Shown here piece by piece: positions 35,201-43,254 of a DNA stretch of 64,000 bases. A model generated the notes under the pieces. It had not been told where the DNA came from. It was given only the letters and a program-made list of their open reading frames with translations, and ran no database searches. The translations under genes were made by a program, and so were the position numbers. The stretch comes from a virus. Numbering within the stretch: position 1 is the stretch's first letter; the number at the start of each line of letters is the position of its first letter. The stretch lies in the IMG/VR virus record IMGVR_UViG_3300032246_000393, positions 3,329 through 67,328 of that record; one strand, given 5' to 3'.

Positions 35201-37897
35201 TACTTGTTCAACAGCTTTAGATGCCGACTCTGATCTTTGCTTGCGTAGTTGGTGCCCAGCTTCTGCAGTCTGAATTTCTCTTGGCGTTGCTTGTGCCAAC
35301 AATGCTTTAGCACGTGCGCCCGGTTTGCCACGATTAGTTTTAGAAACATCGTAGAGTTTATTGATAGCAAACTGGCGCTGCCTAGCTTTTTCAGCTTGCA
35401 TGTCAAGCAGGTGATCCTCAGACGTAGCTTCGCCTTCTTCAACCGGTTCGGCTGATTGAGCTAAATCACGTTCCGCATCATTGACTTGTTTCTCTACTGC
35501 TTTATAAGCCGTGCGTTGTTGTTTGCGTTTTTCTTCAGAAGTTAGTTTAGCTGCGGGTGCGAGCCTCGGCCTTCCTCTTTTGCCGGTTGTGGTGGGAACA
35601 CCGGCCTCTGTTTCTGCTCCTTGCGCTTCTGTTTGCTCGGCTTCAGTGGTTTGAGAGACACTGGCTTCCTCCTGTTGGGCTTTGGTTAACTGTTGTTGCG
35701 CACTGCGTACGTTTTCCCGTTCTCTAGTAATGTCCCAAACATTACCGGATTGCTCTGCTGCTTTAAAAGAGTTTTGAGCGGCGGTTAATCTATTCTGAGC
35801 GGCGTTTACTTTTTGCTGTGCTTGTTCTAATGCACTCGGCTGAACCGCTTTTCCTTGAGTAAGTTCTCCAGTAGCTGTTTCAGTAGGAACCAATCCAATG
35901 GCGAGAGGCGCACCAACTCCTCCGGCAGGTACTCCAACTGCTCGTTCGCCAGACACCCCAGCGCCAACTCTACCTGCTCCAGTGATAGGTTTTCCAACAT
36001 TTGTGACTCCTTGTTCCGCCAACGCGTCATTCTCAGCTTCCTGTTGTGCCATAAATACCGCACGTGCTGCGGCTTCAATTGGGGACATCCCCGCATCAAT
36101 TAAGTCGTTTGTTATTTCTTGTATACGAGTTTCAGCAGCTTCTATAAGTGTTGGGCGTTTAGCTACCTCAGCTTGCATTTCATCTTGGCGCTTTTGTTCT
36201 TGCTCTTCTTGCGCACGTACGCGACCCTCCGCTATTTTCATAGCAGTGTCAGGGTCAATACCACTTGTCTCTACCAACTTAGTAGCAATATCATCTACTT
36301 GGGATTGGCGGCGCGTAGCTTTCTCTTCCGCAGTTGGTGGGGCTAACGTAGGCTCAACACGTTTAGTAACTTCGCCAGCTTTTTCACCAGCAGCTGCTTC
36401 CATCACAGTTTCAGTTGTAGCTTTGCCCGACGCAGTACGTGAAGGCTTAACCAAGAAACCTTTTTCCCGCATAAGCTGCTCGGCGGTTGGTATTGGTTCT
36501 TCTGCTTCAGGTTTTTGAAATGCGTTTACGCCTTTCTCTAGCGCCTTAGTGCCTCCTGTCATTAAGCCAGACTGTATTACGGTTTGCACCGTGGTGTCGG
36601 CCATTTGTTGCAAGTAGTCGTCTAACGTCGCGTCTTTGTTTAAACCAATTGCCGACTTGTCCGTTACAAACTGCCCCGTAGTAGTTAAGTACTCACCGGG
36701 TAATTCTTTCTTTAATGTGTTGCCCAAGAAAGATTTAAGTTCATCAGTTTTCATACCGCGAGTTGCTCGGCGCAAATTATCCAGTTCAAATTTCAAACCA
36801 AACCGTTCACCAATAACTTCAAACGCCCCAAACAATCCTGCACGTGTAGCAGCTTCAGCGCCATCCAACCCTTTAGCTCTACCTTCAGAGTATTCTTGGC
36901 CAAACGACTGTAGGAACATGGAACCAAGCACGTAGGCTTCTGATCCGGATATAGCACCACCAAACAATGCTGGGAGTTGTTGGGCAATTGAACTGACTGC
37001 GCCTTCAAACTGCCTAGCTAAATAGTTGGGGTTTTGCCCCATTGATTCCACGCCAATACGGGATTCTTTAGCTCCAGCCGCCTGCGTACGTGCAAATTCA
37101 TCTGCGCCTATTAGTTCAGCTACAGCTTGGTTAACACCAAGCGCACCTTGTTTAAAACCTTCATACCCAGCAACGCCAGCCCTAATTAAAGGATTAGCAT
37201 TACGGTACTTTTCAGCCATTTCAAAATCAAAGTCAGTCTTCTCCAACGTACCTTGGCGCTGCATAAATTGGATTTCTTTACCCGGTAGCACTCCAGCAGC
37301 GGCAGCTTCTTCAGCTGCGGCTCGCGCAAACTCAGGTTTTTCACCTTCACCAATTAAACGACTAGTACGGCTTTCAACACTAGTGTCGTATTTTTCCATC
37401 CCTTCAAGTAAACCGGGGGTTGCTTGGCCTGTACGTATTTGTTTTTTAACTTCCGCAGTACGTTTTTCTTGCCTAGTCTGGAATTTTTTAGCGTACTCAC
37501 GGATCACATCTCCAGCAACGCCGGGGAGTGTCATCTCCATATAAGCACGTTCTTCTGGGGATGCCGAGTTGTACTTGGCAATTAAAGCTTGACGGACTTC
37601 AGGGCGAATAGGGAGGAAACCAGTTTTATCTGGTTCCCCTTTAGGGGCGTTCTTCATTACGCCAAGGTCACGCTCGGCTACATCCATAATAGATGCGCCT
37701 ATGTCGCTACCCATAGAATCGTAAGACGCAGGGGGTTTGGAGAGAACTGGTTGTTTCTTTGCTGGGGCGGGTGCCGCCGCAGTTTCTTTAAACGGGTTTG
37801 GCGTGGTTGCTAGGGGGATAAACGCCATTTCCCCTGAGTCCTCCGCTTCGTTAGTTGTTGCTTTTGTATCTTCTTTTGAAAGCGGAGTAAATTCCAT
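29219..37897 (-). CDS. giant polyvalent ejection (internal virion) protein with GHKL ATPase, two zincin motifs and PLxRFG-like region
   Basis: 2892 aa, last late gene; IKEIFQNSFDA, DNGLGM, GGLGIA; HELWH, HEMAH; YIPLVRRG. Confidence 0.8.
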   Translation of the reverse strand: MEFTPLSKEDTKATTNEAEDSGEMAFIPLATTPNPFKETAAAPAPAKKQPVLSKPPASYDSMGSDIGASIMDVAERDLGVMKNAPKGEPDKTGFLPIRPEVRQALIAKYNSASPEERAYMEMTLPGVAGDVIREYAKKFQTRQEKRTAEVKKQIRTGQATPGLLEGMEKYDTSVESRTSRLIGEGEKPEFARAAAEEAAAAGVLPGKEIQFMQRQGTLEKTDFDFEMAEKYRNANPLIRAGVAGYEGFKQGALGVNQAVAELIGADEFARTQAAGAKESRIGVESMGQNPNYLARQFEGAVSSIAQQLPALFGGAISGSEAYVLGSMFLQSFGQEYSEGRAKGLDGAEAATRAGLFGAFEVIGERFGLKFELDNLRRATRGMKTDELKSFLGNTLKKELPGEYLTTTGQFVTDKSAIGLNKDATLDDYLQQMADTTVQTVIQSGLMTGGTKALEKGVNAFQKPEAEEPIPTAEQLMREKGFLVKPSRTASGKATTETVMEAAAGEKAGEVTKRVEPTLAPPTAEEKATRRQSQVDDIATKLVETSGIDPDTAMKIAEGRVRAQEEQEQKRQDEMQAEVAKRPTLIEAAETRIQEITNDLIDAGMSPIEAAARAVFMAQQEAENDALAEQGVTNVGKPITGAGRVGAGVSGERAVGVPAGGVGAPLAIGLVPTETATGELTQGKAVQPSALEQAQQKVNAAQNRLTAAQNSFKAAEQSGNVWDITRERENVRSAQQQLTKAQQEEASVSQTTEAEQTEAQGAETEAGVPTTTGKRGRPRLAPAAKLTSEEKRKQQRTAYKAVEKQVNDAERDLAQSAEPVEEGEATSEDHLLDMQAEKARQRQFAINKLYDVSKTNRGKPGARAKALLAQATPREIQTAEAGHQLRKQRSESASKAVEQVAAQTVADPKLGKVTNGAQAITQIIKTGNDFQKALAKRLRSFVGNVKIVVVEANDPLPEGITKTPEHQRSWDRARAMFIENYATGAKTIYVRGASFGDAQGVNNITMLHELWHATTNKKVELGRQAISKGLHKGTQLVRATEDLIQIMNNAGDRFNELASQGKLPDNISRLAQFGEIFDDPREFIAYGMTDEGFQQFLKSAGALGGTTSYWSMFVDALRRLVGMTEDDTNALGDLLVAVDSILTARPVGQLDLTEGLSPMALFGFGKPKDTTTGFAGETITSKPSANAKRLAALLGAKLYGDPTDIAKVSIKEIFQNSFDAIKGAIEKGQLTDGKIAIKLDEKARTITVTDNGLGMPASVMGNEFLTIAGTVKETDRASGGLGIAKMLFLFGNEKLEVVSLRDGVLARMVTTGDEVMAALDDPSLAPKITTSTDSKVIKQYVDSTFPDGHGTTIVVQIPKTFKDASTGEEKNIPFETWQLETSKVLTDSPLFDNIEVTIDAYGNPKTLPIGANFPIDDYTAFANVNFDWGTARVYVQKETQDYLPRDNTHILSNGLWQFDTNIKDRPGWDGEKIKRNFYIDVDPKVKPEDAGYPFDLNRQGFSPSIRSDFDKIFKYITVIYQQQSLAEESKSFGQIQYVNADGTLTAPEELVPEAPTTPTAFTMIKPDDKVEIREGVMYVNGRAVPELTDDDLKNTVVRVDELTIPQNKIDTKRVMVHDNTLSKTATSTSGLTLDNLRAQLPEGWTVEEDPTSTIKRFVATGPLVEGAVRTVVHGRNIEYLINRLGDRGVHIQRPFETKQATLSEVARETFGKKYDEYLVGIGNIFMELRNALATEHNGKFTSILNEAIGVSLDKEYYGVSIRVPFSGLYINPATTSLTGNSRQVAVSMIGTMIHEMAHHRERGHGAGFASEMQLIMNLLETHPTFDLADAKKRLTDHIQKNINIFDFLNGEFKNGNIEPRGNRFQDASAIEAGDASAAQAMAGTGDAGEESGRGISGSLGPSYQSTGQGGVGAGVGGETAEDGADAVRTQKEIDKEVAIAIEKVRIGRDAEETARQSKILQALRDPRKIVPTMRRLWRTANYAQRLALVKLPTTEFLARWSASYVPELMNTNVLLEKMSGLTQQLLNSSAIMAKTIHKAFKEDKTLKNKLENIAYASTIAQVDPSDPNATERSPVLDQMYKDLGAKGQQIYKLILDHYQNMSDYFAQLLDEQIASSRTSTETQNRLMAKIREIYETGQKIKPYIPLVRRGDFFLAVGSGKHRQFFTFETMAERDAAAEAMAKERRTSLDELKADQDFVLGNDIGTLRRASFNSSTLLKSLFDIIDSEDFSSPDVREELKDSIYQLYLTTMPEQSFRRQFISRKNITGFSVDLLRNFSTTGVKMATQLAKIKYAPLLRNSLSAAQDSIVGREDLQPFITEMQARVTNQLSPDRRTALDRTGDFLNRSAFLWYLSGASSALLQPLGVFQTGAPILMSRYGQINGSRELLKMLRVWDQYGVFRTNPDGSVSFVPPSIANAKGMTNDEKRAIREMLGRDVSQSTYASAMFGYKSTPTEDISGAWNMTKRGAAMVTGGLMHSTERLSREMVYLASYRLNRKAGKSHDESVNQAVIDTNEALGNYGQYNRPLIMQKGLGKVALQFTMYPLHVTLFLMRNFKRMLPLLNKEGKWESTKIFFGTLGTTAVLAGASGLPMFSMVMGLLGWMWRDEDKPQEFKDMDYETWWRTVWLPEVLGDMKIAGVPLVEVADRGLANYVTGLDIASRTSLNDLWLRDTKETKTARESAVAIAMEKSGPSAAMILSLADAYEAFGNGDYQKGIEKMSPALIRNFIMAHKYATEGARDTKGSDLILQGGFTTGELLGQSIGFRPDILSHPQQVAFKLNSARQRVEIERTKLMNNATREFFNGQRTGNFDGYVKQLDKIEKFNTKYPEFGIDDDQLSNSIDKREEQMATTQEWSGMPVDEKFIPVAAETALSATKEIDKRNKEVMERRAREGK

Positions 37898-37906
37898 AAC
37901 AACCCT

Positions 37907-39547
37907 TTACTTGGCGTGTCCTATTAATTTGCCTTGGCTATCTAATATTTCATAGCGCCCATCAGGCAGCAGCTTACCGAATTTAGACCCAGCTGGCGCT
38001 CCTTTTATTGTAGCGGCCTTTCCGGTCTTTGAGGAATTTTTGTTTCCAGCCGGAGCCTTTGCCGAAGTCTTTGAAGTATCCGGGGCAGCAGGCTCTGACG
38101 ATGCGGCCCCTGCGCCGCCCGCTGTTGGTTTTGGTACGCTAGGATAGCTATCTTCAATTGCTTTGTTTCTAGCCGCTTTTTCCTCTGGATTTGCTGTGAT
38201 GTACGTTCTATCTGTACGTAACTTTTTCTTCTCCTCAGCAATAGCTTTTTTACGTTCTGTTTCAGCCCTCTGCCAGTGCGTTATAGCTTCTTGGAGTTTA
38301 ATGTTAGCTTCAGATTCCCGCGTTTTTGCTTCTGAACCTTTAATATCAATTTCTTGTTTCTTGAGTCCAACAGTCTCACCCGCTGGAACTTTAGCCCAGT
38401 CGGCAGCAGCACGTTGGTATGACCTAGCTTCTACAAGTGCTTCAGGCGCTCTTTCATTTTCAGGTAGTTTATTGTTTGCAAGCTTATCTGCCTCAAAGTA
38501 TTTAGCCGCCAAGTTATCAAAGCCTTTAGGCGCACCTGTGTTAGCACCCGGTCTAGTAGCCCGAGCCATACCTGTTGCAACTGTAGCAAGAGCTTTGTTT
38601 TTCTCCAAACCAAACCTTTGTGAAGCAGTGTGGTCTGCGCGTGCTTGGTCGGCAGCATGAATAGCTTCACGGTTTAAGCCCATTTTCTCTTTGCGTTGTG
38701 CGTCGGCAAGATTAAACTTCATGCTCATTAAGGAGCGTTGTTCAGCTTTACTTGCAGCCATTGCTTTGCCGTACTCGGTAGCAAATGTTTTAGCCGATGC
38801 ACCAGCAGCACGTGCAAACCCGCCCGGTTGTAGGGCATCCCCCGCTGCAGCAAGCATTGCCAAACCTTTAGCTTGATCCAAACCTTGTTGGCGTTCAGCA
38901 TCAAACTGTTCTATCTGTTGCTGCATACCGGGTATTGGGTCAGTACCGGCATCTTTTTGTAATAACCTAAGACGATCTTCAAATGCAGTTTTGTATGCTG
39001 CATCTGGCATGGGGGCATATCTAGTATTTTGAATGTTTCGCATCAACCCCGGTAGCATTGCAGATACTGACTTATACGAAGTTTCATCACCCATAGAATT
39101 ATCAAGCTCAGAGTCTTCCAAGTCTTGTAACAAGCTCGGGTCTAGTTGATCTTCCGTATTTTTAACAAGTGATTCGTTTTCACCCGCAAAAGCTACAATG
39201 CCGCCCCCAGCGTATTCACCTTCAGGCGCAGGCATACCACCTAGACCCGGACTAGGCTGCTGTTGGTTCATAGCCATCAAGCCTTGTTGTGGCTGTGGCT
39301 GTTGTGGTTGCTGCTGAGGCATTTGTGCCCCTTGTAGTGCTTGCTGAACTAATGACGGTTGTTGTTGCTGCCCATTCATAGCAGCTTCTGCCATCTTGTA
39401 TCTCTCGGCTTCTTTCTGTAACTGAAGCGCACGCAAGGCAGCGTAAGGGTTGATGTCAGCACCACCTTGCCCAAGCACTGCTGCTTTTAACGGAGCAGGA
39501 TTAGTGTGGTAGCGTGCGGCTAAAATAGCTGCTGTATCAATAGACAT
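37907..39547 (-). CDS. putative ejection/internal virion protein
   Basis: A/Q/K-rich helical protein upstream of the giant protein. Confidence 0.65.
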   Translation of the reverse strand: MSIDTAAILAARYHTNPAPLKAAVLGQGGADINPYAALRALQLQKEAERYKMAEAAMNGQQQQPSLVQQALQGAQMPQQQPQQPQPQQGLMAMNQQQPSPGLGGMPAPEGEYAGGGIVAFAGENESLVKNTEDQLDPSLLQDLEDSELDNSMGDETSYKSVSAMLPGLMRNIQNTRYAPMPDAAYKTAFEDRLRLLQKDAGTDPIPGMQQQIEQFDAERQQGLDQAKGLAMLAAAGDALQPGGFARAAGASAKTFATEYGKAMAASKAEQRSLMSMKFNLADAQRKEKMGLNREAIHAADQARADHTASQRFGLEKNKALATVATGMARATRPGANTGAPKGFDNLAAKYFEADKLANNKLPENERAPEALVEARSYQRAAADWAKVPAGETVGLKKQEIDIKGSEAKTRESEANIKLQEAITHWQRAETERKKAIAEEKKKLRTDRTYITANPEEKAARNKAIEDSYPSVPKPTAGGAGAASSEPAAPDTSKTSAKAPAGNKNSSKTGKAATIKGAPAGSKFGKLLPDGRYEILDSQGKLIGHAK

Positions 39548-39555
39548 TTATCACC

Positions 39556-40533
39556 TCAACCCAGTTGATGCAAAGCAATACCACCTAGACCATTACTAGG
39601 GGTTTCTTTTACTAACCCACCTTTGGCAAATAGCCCAGCTTGTTTTAAACCTGCAGAACCTAAACCCAAAGCCAACGCGTTTTGTGCAAAAGTTGGAGGC
39701 GCGGTATATTGTTGCTGCGTTTGCTGTGATAGCGGTAAACCACGAAGCATGTCCGACATATACGACAACTGTTGTTGCGGGTAACCACGTTGCGTAAGGA
39801 AGTCTTGGTATTGCTGTTGTAGTTTCTGTTGTTCCAGACCCTGCTGTTGTTGCCCCGCCGCAGCTTGAGCTTGTATAGCTCCTTGTTGCTGACCAAACTG
39901 AGTTTGCCCCAATTGCCCCAAAGCTTGTGCCGCTTGCAGTCCTTGACCCATGCCTTGCAAACCAAGATTGGCACCAAACTGTTGTGCTTGCTGAGCGTTC
40001 TGAAATGCGTTCTGCATCCCAGTGCCATAAATATTGTTTTGCAATGCGCCTAAGTTACGTTGGCGTTCTGCTTCTTGTAAGCCAAACCGTGAGCCACCAA
40101 AGGCACCTGCTCTAGCGGCTTGACCTGCATTTTGTTGCCCTTGAATATCAGATTGACGCGCCGCTTCTATCATTTGAGGAGCTAATGCATTTTGTATGTA
40201 CGGCGACATATACGATTGGAGAGCGTACGGATTAGTAGCTTGGTTTGAATAGTTCTGTCCAGCTTGCATAGAACCAAGACCCGCCATACCAGCTAACTGA
40301 GTACCAACTCCAATTTGTTGCGCTGGTTGTAAATTAGCCGCCCCTTGGAAAGCTTGATTCTGCAAGTCATTAAACCCAGCAATACGCTCCCCGCCATACG
40401 CTTGATATGGGGTATTTGATAACGCTTCTGCTTTACCCAGCATACGTTCAACGTATGGCTGCGCGTATTGAGGTATATTGGTTTGCGTTACTGTTTGTTG
40501 TGTAGGTTGTGAGCTTCCGCCGCCTTTACCCAT
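39556..40533 (-). CDS. putative ejection (DNA pilot-like) protein
   Basis: MGKGGG N-terminus; Q/A/G-rich; YMSPY, GAFGGSR. Confidence 0.7.
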   Translation of the reverse strand: MGKGGGSSQPTQQTVTQTNIPQYAQPYVERMLGKAEALSNTPYQAYGGERIAGFNDLQNQAFQGAANLQPAQQIGVGTQLAGMAGLGSMQAGQNYSNQATNPYALQSYMSPYIQNALAPQMIEAARQSDIQGQQNAGQAARAGAFGGSRFGLQEAERQRNLGALQNNIYGTGMQNAFQNAQQAQQFGANLGLQGMGQGLQAAQALGQLGQTQFGQQQGAIQAQAAAGQQQQGLEQQKLQQQYQDFLTQRGYPQQQLSYMSDMLRGLPLSQQTQQQYTAPPTFAQNALALGLGSAGLKQAGLFAKGGLVKETPSNGLGGIALHQLG

Positions 40534-40957
40534 TTTCTGCTCCTTTTACTGGCAACTCAAAAGTTACCCAGCGTTCTTTATACCCATCAGTTTTAAAGAT
40601 TTTTGCCCAGCCTTTGCGTGCTGTCGCTTCAATCCCGTCGCAATTCATATCTGCTGCAAACCTTTGTAATAGCGCCAACATCGGGTCTTTCCACCGCACT
40701 AAATGTTTACCGCCACAAAACGTCATACTTAGTGTTCTTCGTTTGGGGTACACCATGAACTGTGTAACCACGGCACCCAATATTGTTTGCCCCTCAAACG
40801 CCACCCATAAGTGGTAGTCATGCTCTGTTACTGAATCGTATATATCATCTACCGTAAACCGACCGTATGTATACTCGGCTGCTCTTTCCATATACGGTTT
40901 AACTTGTTCCCAACATGAATCTATATGTTGAGGCGGCACCATAGATACTTCTATCAT
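40526..40957 (-). CDS. GNAT-like protein
   Basis: LWV, GAVVT, FA....C..IE...RKGW.K. Confidence 0.55.
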   Translation of the reverse strand: MIEVSMVPPQHIDSCWEQVKPYMERAAEYTYGRFTVDDIYDSVTEHDYHLWVAFEGQTILGAVVTQFMVYPKRRTLSMTFCGGKHLVRWKDPMLALLQRFAADMNCDGIEATARKGWAKIFKTDGYKERWVTFELPVKGAENG

Positions 40958-42627
40958 GCGGGCAAGTATTTATCTGCTTTAGTGTTTAAAGCTACTTTAT
41001 TTTTTCCTGAACTTTTTCTACGTGCGTGCTGCACTCTATCCATCATTGCATACAACTTACGAGCACCAGCTTCGGTGGAGCCATTGCCAAGCTCGGACAC
41101 AATCCGGGCGGGTACAACGAATTCGCCATCAGCAAGACGAGCGGGCTGACGGTTACCAATAGAAGCAGGGATAGAATCACTGACACCATCACCCGGCCCA
41201 CGGAGCAATCGTCCACCATCTGAGTAGCCTCCTAAATGAGAAAGACCGCCTGCAGCCATACCTTTATCACGCATACCAGCAAGCTGCTGGTTCATATAGT
41301 TGTAGAACCCACCTAAACCTAATTGCTGTTCAGGAGTTTGATAAGCAGGGACATTTATAGCTGGTGCTTGCGCTACTTGTGTTGTTTGCTGTACTGGTGC
41401 TTGTGCAGCTTGTTGGATTGCTGGCGTAGTAATGCCGCCCGTTACTACAGGCGTAAATGGTTTTGGTGTTACTTTTTGTGGTTGAAACCGCATACCAATA
41501 CTATTCCATGACTCTGGTTGTAATGTTTGTTGTTTAGCTTCAGCCACAGGATCGTTTAATTGCGTAAATTGCTGCGTTACTGGATCGTATGTATATTGGT
41601 ACCCACTTGTATCTCCACCACTAGCAAACTTTTCTTCGCCCGTGTATCGGTCAACATTAGTGTCACTTTCAGAACCAATTAAGTTCATCGCTTGTGGACG
41701 TTGCACATTAGGGTTGCTGTAAATGTCAGTCTGGTATTGTGACTGTGGATAACCAAGGTTCTCACCAACAGCGTTCATGGCCGACATAGTTTCAATAGGG
41801 CCACCGACAGCAAAACCGGTTAAACCACCACCTGCTATACGTTGGATAGGCTGTGCTTCTAAACCACCGGTAAAGTAATTACGCTCAGCAGTAGACCCGC
41901 CGCTGTAAGGCGAATAAAAATTAGGGTTTGCCCGTGTTGTACGTGTGTTCGTATACGGACGTATATATTGCGGCGCTGTTTTTACAGTAGGCGTTTTAGG
42001 CTTCATTAACTGCATACCAGCCAAAGCTAAAGTTAATGCTGTTTTTGGGTTTTCATTAGCAAACGCTTTAAGGTTTGCCCAATTAGGTTTATCAGCTAAT
42101 GTTTTTAAATCCCCCCAGACACTTTGTCCAGTAATGGAATTGCCTTGCATAATTTTATTAGCCGCCGCAATTCTATCCGCGCTAGTTTTATCAAGGTTGC
42201 CTAATGCATTTTCAGGATCATAGTTGTAAGGGCTAGTTTTTTCTACAAGGTCAGTAGTGTTGGATGCTAAGTCTTCATATTTTGGAAGTTTACTAAAGTC
42301 TGTTGGGTTAGCGGAAATCTGCGCAAGTTGTTCTTCCACTGATACAGGAACGTTTTGCAACAATCCCGGCAAACCTGCTACGTTAGCGTTTAATCCCGCA
42401 AGTCCCGGAAGTCCTATTCCGTTTGCCAACTGCATTGACTGCGCAAGTCCACCTACTGTAGCTGGGTTAAACACCGCAGGAGTCGCGGCATTAGTTAAAC
42501 CCGCCAACTCCAAACCGCCTGTCATGGAACCCAGCGCACCAGCGCCTGCAATTTCGGGTATTGTCGCAGCGGCAACTGTAGGGGCTAGAGCAGCTTCCGC
42601 TCCAGCGGCGGCAAGTATTTCTGGCAT
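40954..42627 (-). CDS. putative internal virion protein
   Basis: C-terminal GPGDGVSDSIPA...ARLADGEFVVPA..VS..GNGS..AGA..LY.MM motif. Confidence 0.7.
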   Translation of the reverse strand: MPEILAAAGAEAALAPTVAAATIPEIAGAGALGSMTGGLELAGLTNAATPAVFNPATVGGLAQSMQLANGIGLPGLAGLNANVAGLPGLLQNVPVSVEEQLAQISANPTDFSKLPKYEDLASNTTDLVEKTSPYNYDPENALGNLDKTSADRIAAANKIMQGNSITGQSVWGDLKTLADKPNWANLKAFANENPKTALTLALAGMQLMKPKTPTVKTAPQYIRPYTNTRTTRANPNFYSPYSGGSTAERNYFTGGLEAQPIQRIAGGGLTGFAVGGPIETMSAMNAVGENLGYPQSQYQTDIYSNPNVQRPQAMNLIGSESDTNVDRYTGEEKFASGGDTSGYQYTYDPVTQQFTQLNDPVAEAKQQTLQPESWNSIGMRFQPQKVTPKPFTPVVTGGITTPAIQQAAQAPVQQTTQVAQAPAINVPAYQTPEQQLGLGGFYNYMNQQLAGMRDKGMAAGGLSHLGGYSDGGRLLRGPGDGVSDSIPASIGNRQPARLADGEFVVPARIVSELGNGSTEAGARKLYAMMDRVQHARRKSSGKNKVALNTKADKYLPA

Positions 42628-42628
42628 A

Positions 42629-42928
42629 CTATATCTCCCGTTTCATCAACACATGCCCCGCGTTTTGACCGTAGGCTTGAAATTTAAACATTTTAATGAG
42701 TTTCTGTGCTTTTGTATCATTTTCATACGGCGTTGCATAGACTTCGTTATAATTACGCGCTTTTAAAAGTGGTACAATTTTAGTAACAAGTATGTTTTGA
42801 TATTTTTTAAACTTAGATGGTGACCACGACCCCGGCGTAATATTTAAGTGCATAGCCACTTTAGTTTGATTAAATAAATAATCGCACGAAACACGTATAT
42901 CTTTATCTTGGTAAAGCGTTTCTCTCAT
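42629..42928 (-). CDS. GNAT-like small protein
   Basis: EVYA......KAQKL..MF.F..Y resembles GNAT motif B. Confidence 0.5.
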   Translation of the reverse strand: MRETLYQDKDIRVSCDYLFNQTKVAMHLNITPGSWSPSKFKKYQNILVTKIVPLLKARNYNEVYATPYENDTKAQKLIKMFKFQAYGQNAGHVLMKREI

Positions 42929-43254
42929 GGCGCTATCTTTACAACATACGTTGATGTGTCATAGTACAAATCCCCTGTGCGCAACTTACCTCCAGCTAAG
43001 TCAACTTGTGTTGGCAAACTTATACGCCGTGTTTTAGTAACCGGATTAAAGTCACTAAAGTTGTAGCCCGAGATAATCTCTTCCGCGCCACTAATGGCAC
43101 TAACTACACGCCTTGTTGAACCTGCACTGGGGCCGGGGTTGTCTAGTTGCGCAAAGTACAAACGCAAAATGTTGTTTAGTTGATCCTGATACTTCTGGTC
43201 GTATTGAATTGGAGCCAATGGCAACGTAGGGAATTTGGTTGTGCCTGTAGACAT
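42925..43254 (-). CDS. small virion protein
   Basis: LPLAP.QYD..YQDQL.N.LRLYF; follows nozzle gene. Confidence 0.65.
   Translation of the reverse strand: MSTGTTKFPTLPLAPIQYDQKYQDQLNNILRLYFAQLDNPGPSAGSTRRVVSAISGAEEIISGYNFSDFNPVTKTRRISLPTQVDLAGGKLRTGDLYYDTSTYVVKIAP

Noticed and set aside
29348-37955. Many + strand ORFs opposite the giant gene, and similar shadow ORFs elsewhere
   Set aside because: Antisense shadows of long genes, without RBS or recognisable motifs
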